A DNA stretch of 47,639 nucleotides, from the NCBI GenBank assembly GCA_965644315.1, contig CBFFRQ010000001.1, forward strand, positions 1 through 47,639, written 5' to 3'. The DNA comes from Caecitellus pseudoparvulus (Eukaryota; Protista; Bigyra: Bicosoecida). Made by a program: the position numbers and the translations under genes. Below are positions 43,401-47,639 of the stretch, piece by piece (position 1 is the first letter of the stretch; every line of letters starts with the position of its first letter). The notes beneath the pieces were generated by a model. That model had not been told where the DNA came from. It worked only from the letters and a program-made list of their open reading frames with translations, and made no database searches.

Positions 43401-46400
43401 GTGGAGTGGCTGGGAGGCAGCACCATTGCTGTGCTGGCGCCAGATGAGACGCAAGTGTGTGCCGGGGTTACACATGGCATCGGATCGGGGGCCATCTACA
43501 TCCTGTCCTTGTCCTTCATCACGGGCTCTTCCCTTGCCCAAGTGCAGACCTGGCACCGCATCTTCGCACCAGCCATGGCACCCTCGCCTGGAGCGGGCTT
43601 CCCAGCCCGCATGCTGCGACTTGCAGCGGCACCGAGTTTTGCCCAGGACGGCACTCCAGACTTGCTCATCACGACAAGCGGCACTGCAGCGCTGCCACAC
43701 GCTGACAGTGGCTTGCAGGAGGCTGTTCGCACTCCAAACTCAGTGTCAGCACAGTACTGTGTGCTGCACCTGGACAGCCAGTTCAAGGTGCCGACGTCTG
43801 TGTTCTCGCGCCCTGTGACGTGTGTGCAGGAAGGCATGCCAGGCGCTGTGCCGTCTCACGCTGTCGTTTACGGCTCCAGCTCAGCTGTGTTGATGACTGG
43901 CTTGAACGGGTCAGCACCACATCCAGGACTTGCCACTGCACTGCCGCTGGGCGATCCAGATGGCAACGGAGCGTTGGATGTGCTCATGATGTTGCCAGGC
44001 ATGGGCGTGTTCTCGTTGCTGCCGAATGGTACCGTGAACGGCACTGCGGCGCCACACCAAGGCGCGATGATGGCAGGTGAGATCGTGCAGCCTGGGTGGG
44101 GCTACATCCCTCGTGCATACGGCCCGCCTGGAGGCGGCTTTGGTGTTTCGTACGACGAGCAAGCCGAGTTGGCGACGCGGATTGACCCGTTGACTTGGGC
44201 GCCAGCGCACAAGGCTGACTACAACATGGCGCGGCTGTACTTGGCTGCAATGGGCAAGCGCATGCGAGGGTGCTGGGAGACAGGATCGCATTCGTTTTCG
44301 CCAACTACTCGAACTGAATATGCCAACCACATTGCTGACTTGCCCTCTCGCCTCAGAATGCGAAGAGGATTGTTGAATAGCGCCCTGAGTGAGATAGAAT
44401 CTACCGAGTGGATCAGTGAGGATGGAGCTCTGACTTTGCAGGCTTGGGTGGGCTCTGTAGAAGGGCCCGCAGACATGGACACGGTTGGAGCTGCACTGCT
44501 GCATGACGGCGAGGGTGATAGATTCTCTTATGTTGAACGGAATATGGAGGGCTCGGTGTTGCTGTCAGCAAGTGGTGAGAGCAGCTCCAGCTACAGCAGC
44601 TCTGGATCGAGCAGTGAAGGTGCTGAGGGTGAGGTGTGGACATCCACATGGCGGGATGGAGAGGCAGTGTTTCGGAACGTGAGCATTGTGGCTGACGGGG
44701 AGGAAGTGCTGCTGGGCTCTCAAGTCTGCCATGTCCGGAGCAAGCCGTTGGAGTGTGAGGAGGGCGGTGCGCTGTGTCTACACCGCTTTGCTGTTCTGTG
44801 TGGAGAGTTCAAGGAACCCCAAAGGCTGGCACGGCAGTTGTCACCCGCTGTGTTTCGCAGCACTGTGTATGTTGGAAGCCCTGTGTATGGCTACCGCGTT
44901 GAGCGGACGGCTGACAGCTTGCAGTGCAACTTCTGGGAGTCCAACCTGAACTCCAGGTTCAGCTCCACCACCACCCAGCTGCTGCAAGGCGCCACAGACA
45001 AGTACCGGCCTGGCAACTCCATGTTCCCAGGGGCTTCAGTCAGTGCAAGCAGCTCTGCCACGAATGTGAAGGCCCTGCACCAAGCCAGCGCATACTCCCT
45101 GGGCATGGCCATGGCACCCATGCACGACTTCGATGGAGATGGAGTGGCTGAAATGCTTGTGGGAGCTCCCCTGGCGGGTGAGATCGGCCGAGAGTATGGA
45201 TTAACCAATCTAGGCGAGGAGCAGCCCCAACTGCGTCGTTCCAATGTTGGCGCGGTGTTCATGGTGCACATGGTGCCGGGGAATCAGTCTGAAGCAGGCA
45301 CCAAGCAAGCTGTGAGGACTCCTCGCGAATGGAACAGCGGCGAGTACTTTTATGGCTCCACCGGCACCACATCCCAACACGCGAATGCGGAGCCTGGGAA
45401 GAAGGTGCTGGCAGATGGCATGTACCGTGTGGGGCACTTTGACCGCATCGGGCGACACAGCACAGGCGGACACATGCACCTGGAAGACGGGGATGCTGCC
45501 AGCACTCTTGACATCGGAGCGGAAGGGGCGCAGCTTGGCTGTGCAGTGGCGAATGTGGGCTGGAACAACCACTCTGGGTCGCCCAGACTGACCATGGCGA
45601 CGGGGGCTTCAGGCATCGCAGCGCTGACAGGCACGTACAGCAGCTCTGTGAACGGGCGTGGTGCTGTGCTGTTGCTGGACTTCTCGGAAGCAGGACTGTT
45701 GGTGGACTGGAGCTATATGGATGTGTTGGACGTGCACATGGAACACTCAGCTGCCTTGCCGCCTGTGCATCCGAAGGACCGCTTCCCAGTCAGCCTGGCT
45801 GCAGCTGGCGACTTGGAGGGCGACGGCACTGTGGACGTCGCAGCAGTGTTCCACGACGGCTCGACACGCAAGCGCTACATCGTGCTGCTGCACCGTGATG
45901 CGAACGGCACCTTCAGCCACAGCTCCCTCATCGCGCCTGCCTCCATCCCTGGCCTGCCGCCATCCTTCACAGCGTACAGTGCACGGCCAGAGATGGGGTT
46001 CGGGGACAGCATGACGTATGTGGGGCGCGGCGTGGTGGCGATCGCGCTGTGGCGAGCCAGTCCACGTGTTCTGGATAAGTTCAACTCTTCGGCACCAAAC
46101 CCAGCAACACCGTACGGAGCATCAACAAGCGGTGCAACGACCCTCTTTCGCCCACAGCACATGAAGGCCGAGACGTCACAAAGTGCAGCCGGACTCTACT
46201 CTGAAAACCACCACCCTGTGACTCGAGAAGGCAAGGGCATGTTGATGCTTGTGCGACTTGGCAGGAATGGCACCGCGCTGAACGCGAGTCTGCTGCAGGA
46301 GAATGACATCCGGCCCTTCGGCATCGATGTGGGTGGCACCACTGTAGGCATCGGGCTGTCCGGGCTGCACCCAGAGCTGCTGTATGGGCATGTGGGACCG

Positions 46401-47639
46401 TCATCTGCAGGGCAAGTCATGGACGACGGCGCTGAGCCAGGAAGTGAGGATGCCTTCGGAGGGCCGAGCATGGTGCCCAATCCGCTGGGCTTCAGTCAAG
46501 AGAACGGCTTTGCTTCCTCGATTCCAGACATGCTGGTGCAGGTGGATTCGTGGCGGCAGAAAGCGCATCCGAAGTGGCGGAACGGTGGGGAAGTGTTCAC
46601 GGCCAGCCAGTACATGGATGGCACGAATCGAAGGAAGGTTAATGGGAATCGGTGGCCACTGCAAGGTGATGTGAAACTGCTGCAGACAAATAATGGCGGC
46701 TTTTCTGGATCGAGCTTCAATGTGAACTGGGGAGCTTTGGCGACGAGCTACTGGAACCTCCAGCCCCCAGCCACTTCCATCCCCGACGTGACCATGCACG
46801 GGCTGTCAGGGCATGTCATGCCGACTGCATTCAATGCCTTCAATCGAATGTACTCGAGCACTGGACCAAGTTCGAGCATAAAGAGGACAACGGCAAGGAT
46901 GGGGAACTTGCTGTCTGCTGAGAGAATGTTTGAGCAGTCCATGGCAAGGACAGGTTCATCCTCGACAACAATAACAAGGGGTCCGAATATTGGAGGGGTG
47001 CTGAGATCGACGAGCGAATTTGACTGGGGATTGCCAATGTACCGAGACTCTCCTCTTCGATTCCTCCTCTCAACGACCAGGAGTGACTGGATCCGGGAGC
47101 AGCGAAGCTGGTATCAAGCGCTGTACAATGGAAGGGACTTCTTCAGGGATGCAGGGCTGCAGGAGTTCTTCAATACCAACTCAAGCATATCACCCTCTTC
47201 AACGGAAACTTGGGCAGGTGGACCTCGCATTCCTCCTGGGGCGACAGTTCCTCCCGGAGGTCAGTCTTGGTACTGGCCTCAGATCACAAACGCAAAGCGC
47301 TTCCCGGCCCTGCAAGCTGGCAAGGCACCCACTTCCATGCCCGTGTCCACAGTGGTGCTGTGTCCATTCATTAGCCAGCCAGATTTCTTGTTTAGACCGA
47401 ACTCTGCCGTTGGTTCGACTTCCATGACGGCTTGGTACAATGCCGTGCAAGACTACGTGAGGAGCCACTTGAGTTTGGAAGAGTTTCTCACTTCAAGAGA
47501 GGAACGGAACTGGTCGGACAATTCCTTCACTGACATTCTCACCTCTGTCGTTGTGTTCTGCACTGATCACCTAACTTCAGAATCCCGACCAGGAGACCCA
47601 ACCAGGGTTGTGGATTCAACTCGGCGTCTGCCAGAGCAT
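40407..47639 (+). CDS. Giant secreted or surface FG-GAP (integrin-alpha-like beta-propeller) repeat protein, more than 2,411 aa, 3'-truncated by the window
   Basis: ATG at 40407 with a signal peptide (MHRSLCIALLFLSWALQVSS). No stop was found in the parts I translated, and the ORF track lists no closed ORF in this frame. Repeats include FGASVAVLGDVDSNGWPDVAVGAPG, LGHSVVGLRDLNSDGVPDLAIGA and LGMAMAPMHDFDGDGVAEMLVGAP. Confidence 0.88.
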   Translation, partial: MHRSLCIALLFLSWALQVSSGGLYVEQHGLPSAGGSACDRNAPVNSAARCLARQPTLHRAFSVKLGPTHATSTPPLRRALFQAPAHLGKGERGRCALLDTDCVPSPQRCTSANYCNFCCTDLPFEDVDAILDHDVNAINASHPALLAAAAAINASMAISGLGSAMDLGADYDGDGARDWILGAPLLAVGGRRVGGVFFLSAMGGPRGVPAERLWQAGDDLAVSNVSIVSLTSTAGSANISELGGTSFKPAFGASVAVLGDVDSNGWPDVAVGAPGDVFGKDASGGRVFILFMSPGPRVLRYTVLDRKTVPGLRPSAYIGQARLGHSVVGLRDLNSDGVPDLAIGARTTRHTWLRVPFARGPEVLVVFLDQYGHARNVTHLHNLVEGGGHQYSPFNPQAEHWGERPPRRPDGTTFDRQYNEHHDDWFGLSLAYLGRGVLAIGAPGRRNADRAMRSLDGTVVLLTLSPTGMPTQLHLIDNGAFHDLQLAKADENPQIRNGLGMSLAAVPPANGDGTMDLLIGAPPTALLVPLDDAFRPSGEYFSLSHEGVLWRPNATLGDTVPSALQGLREGSTPGAWQTWAAGMVAAWTRDAAPPALAGREAEPPQLNAALQLAISLPGVLWSEERPTRQCGSYLPTYSITWTSTSPGYCPSTSTVDPDSAPEFAESILFTALRFPPAPTLASQLGGDEVQGPAVLLTTPTFIAPAVEEALLPNTSNSESLPLHDRWEYAEEAVFGSSVLALPFLTEAPWPSWLEPQGDGVPSNNDNLPWEEGHAGEWHKKGIRILMIGVEYIGNVSTGTVGLLQVAYDATARQVIASHMLAVNQSAVNSETPNEGIAGSLTGFGRCMAFVRYHLDDGRDWNAPRGMGRLLIGAPDTQLANSTQQGAIVSVNLIGYQAMPQSDSSGGTLVVSPQMFTSVEPNIGPIAHAMTVIRNPQQDSQQQSEIAVISSPSSNTSTPHAALVFLESFESDTFRLHWPEGPPPVCSSAPDGLTRFGTSVEWLGGSTIAVLAPDETQVCAGVTHGIGSGAIYILSLSFITGSSLAQVQTWHRIFAPAMAPSPGAGFPARMLRLAAAPSFAQDGTPDLLITTSGTAALPHADSGLQEAVRTPNSVSAQYCVLHLDSQFKVPTSVFSRPVTCVQEGMPGAVPSHAVVYGSSSAVLMTGLNGSAPHPGLATALPLGDPDGNGALDVLMMLPGMGVFSLLPNGTVNGTAAPHQGAMMAGEIVQPGWGYIPRAYGPPGGGFGVSYDEQAELATRIDPLTWAPAHKADYNMARLYLAAMGKRMRGCWETGSHSFSPTTRTEYANHIADLPSRLRMRRGLLNSALSEIESTEWISEDGALTLQAWVGSVEGPADMDTVGAALLHDGEGDRFSYVERNMEGSVLLSASGESSSSYSSSGSSSEGAEGEVWTSTWRDGEAVFRNVSIVADGEEVLLGSQVCHVRSKPLECEEGGALCLHRFAVLCGEFKEPQRLARQLSPAVFRSTVYVGSPVYGYRVERTADSLQCNFWESNLNSRFSSTTTQLLQGATDKYRPGNSMFPGASVSASSSATNVKALHQASAYSLGMAMAPMHDFDGDGVAEMLVGAPLAGEIGREYGLTNLGEEQPQLRRSNVGAVFMVHMVPGNQSEAGTKQAVRTPREWNSGEYFYGSTGTTSQHANAEPGKKVLADGMYRVGHFDRIGRHSTGGHMHLEDGDAASTLDIGAEGAQLGCAVANVGWNNHSGSPRLTMATGASGIAALTGTYSSSVNGRGAVLLLDFSEAGLLVDWSYMDVLDVHMEHSAALPPVHPKDRFPVSLAAAGDLEGDGTVDVAAVFHDGSTRKRYIVLLHRDANGTFSHSSLIAPASIPGLPPSFTAYSARPEMGFGDSMTYVGRGVVAIALWRASPRVLDKFNSSAPNPATPYGASTSGATTLFRPQHMKAETSQSAAGLYSENHHPVTREGKGMLMLVRLGRNGTALNASLLQENDIRPFGIDVGGTTVGIGLSGLHPELLYGHVGPSSAGQVMDDGAEPGSEDAFGGPSMVPNPLGFSQENGFASSIPDMLVQVDSWRQKAHPKWRNGGEVFTASQYMDGTNRRKVNGNRWPLQGDVKLLQTNNGGFSGSSFNVNWGALATSYWNLQPPATSIPDVTMHGLSGHVMPTAFNAFNRMYSSTGPSSSIKRTTARMGNLLSAERMFEQSMARTGSSSTTITRGPNIGGVLRSTSEFDWGLPMYRDSPLRFLLSTTRSDWIREQRSWYQALYNGRDFFRDAGLQEFFNTNSSISPSSTETWAGGPRIPPGATVPPGGQSWYWPQITNAKRFPALQAGKAPTSMPVSTVVLCPFISQPDFLFRPNSAVGSTSMTAWYNAVQDYVRSHLSLEEFLTSREERNWSDNSFTDILTSVVVFCTDHLTSESRPGDPTRVVDSTRRLPEH

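Noticed and set aside
40407-47639. Stop-codon reassignment or pseudogene decay suggested by the lack of long listed ORFs
   Set aside because: Explained by a single standard-code frame with no stop inside the window. Other genes end normally in TAA, TAG or TGA.
1-47639. Prokaryotic features (operons, CRISPR arrays) and rRNA/tRNA genes
   Set aside because: Spliceosomal introns and eukaryote-specific genes are present throughout. No repeat-spacer array or structured RNA gene was recognised by eye.

Overview
This is compact, GC-rich eukaryotic (protist-like) genomic DNA. It has short GT-AG introns (mostly about 60-100 bp, donors often GTGCGT/GTGAG) and tightly packed genes, many in divergent or convergent pairs. 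The left end holds a complete 4,854-bp Kolobok-type DNA transposon (699-5552): TTAA target-site duplication, GG...CC imperfect terminal inverted repeats, a DDE transposase, and a convergent, spliced KolX/P2X7-ballast-like accessory gene. The rest encodes a large hypothetical protein with a possible pseudokinase tail, an SDR lacking its catalytic Lys, a membrane-anchored hypothetical protein, a PPR-like protein, SNF8/Vps22, a nicotinamidase fused to an MDH1B-N-like domain, a GST-ProX fusion, HSD17B10, a giant coiled-coil protein, CTF8, mitochondrial uL4, a Lys-rich protein, a Zn2Cys6 transcription factor and a YbjN-like protein. A secreted FG-GAP protein of more than 2,400 aa runs off the right end and is absent from the ORF track. 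The hexamer AATGCA sits just downstream of most stop codons, often as the palindrome AATGCATT shared by two convergent genes, and is a candidate non-canonical 3'-end signal. All family calls come from motif recognition by eye; no database search was run.
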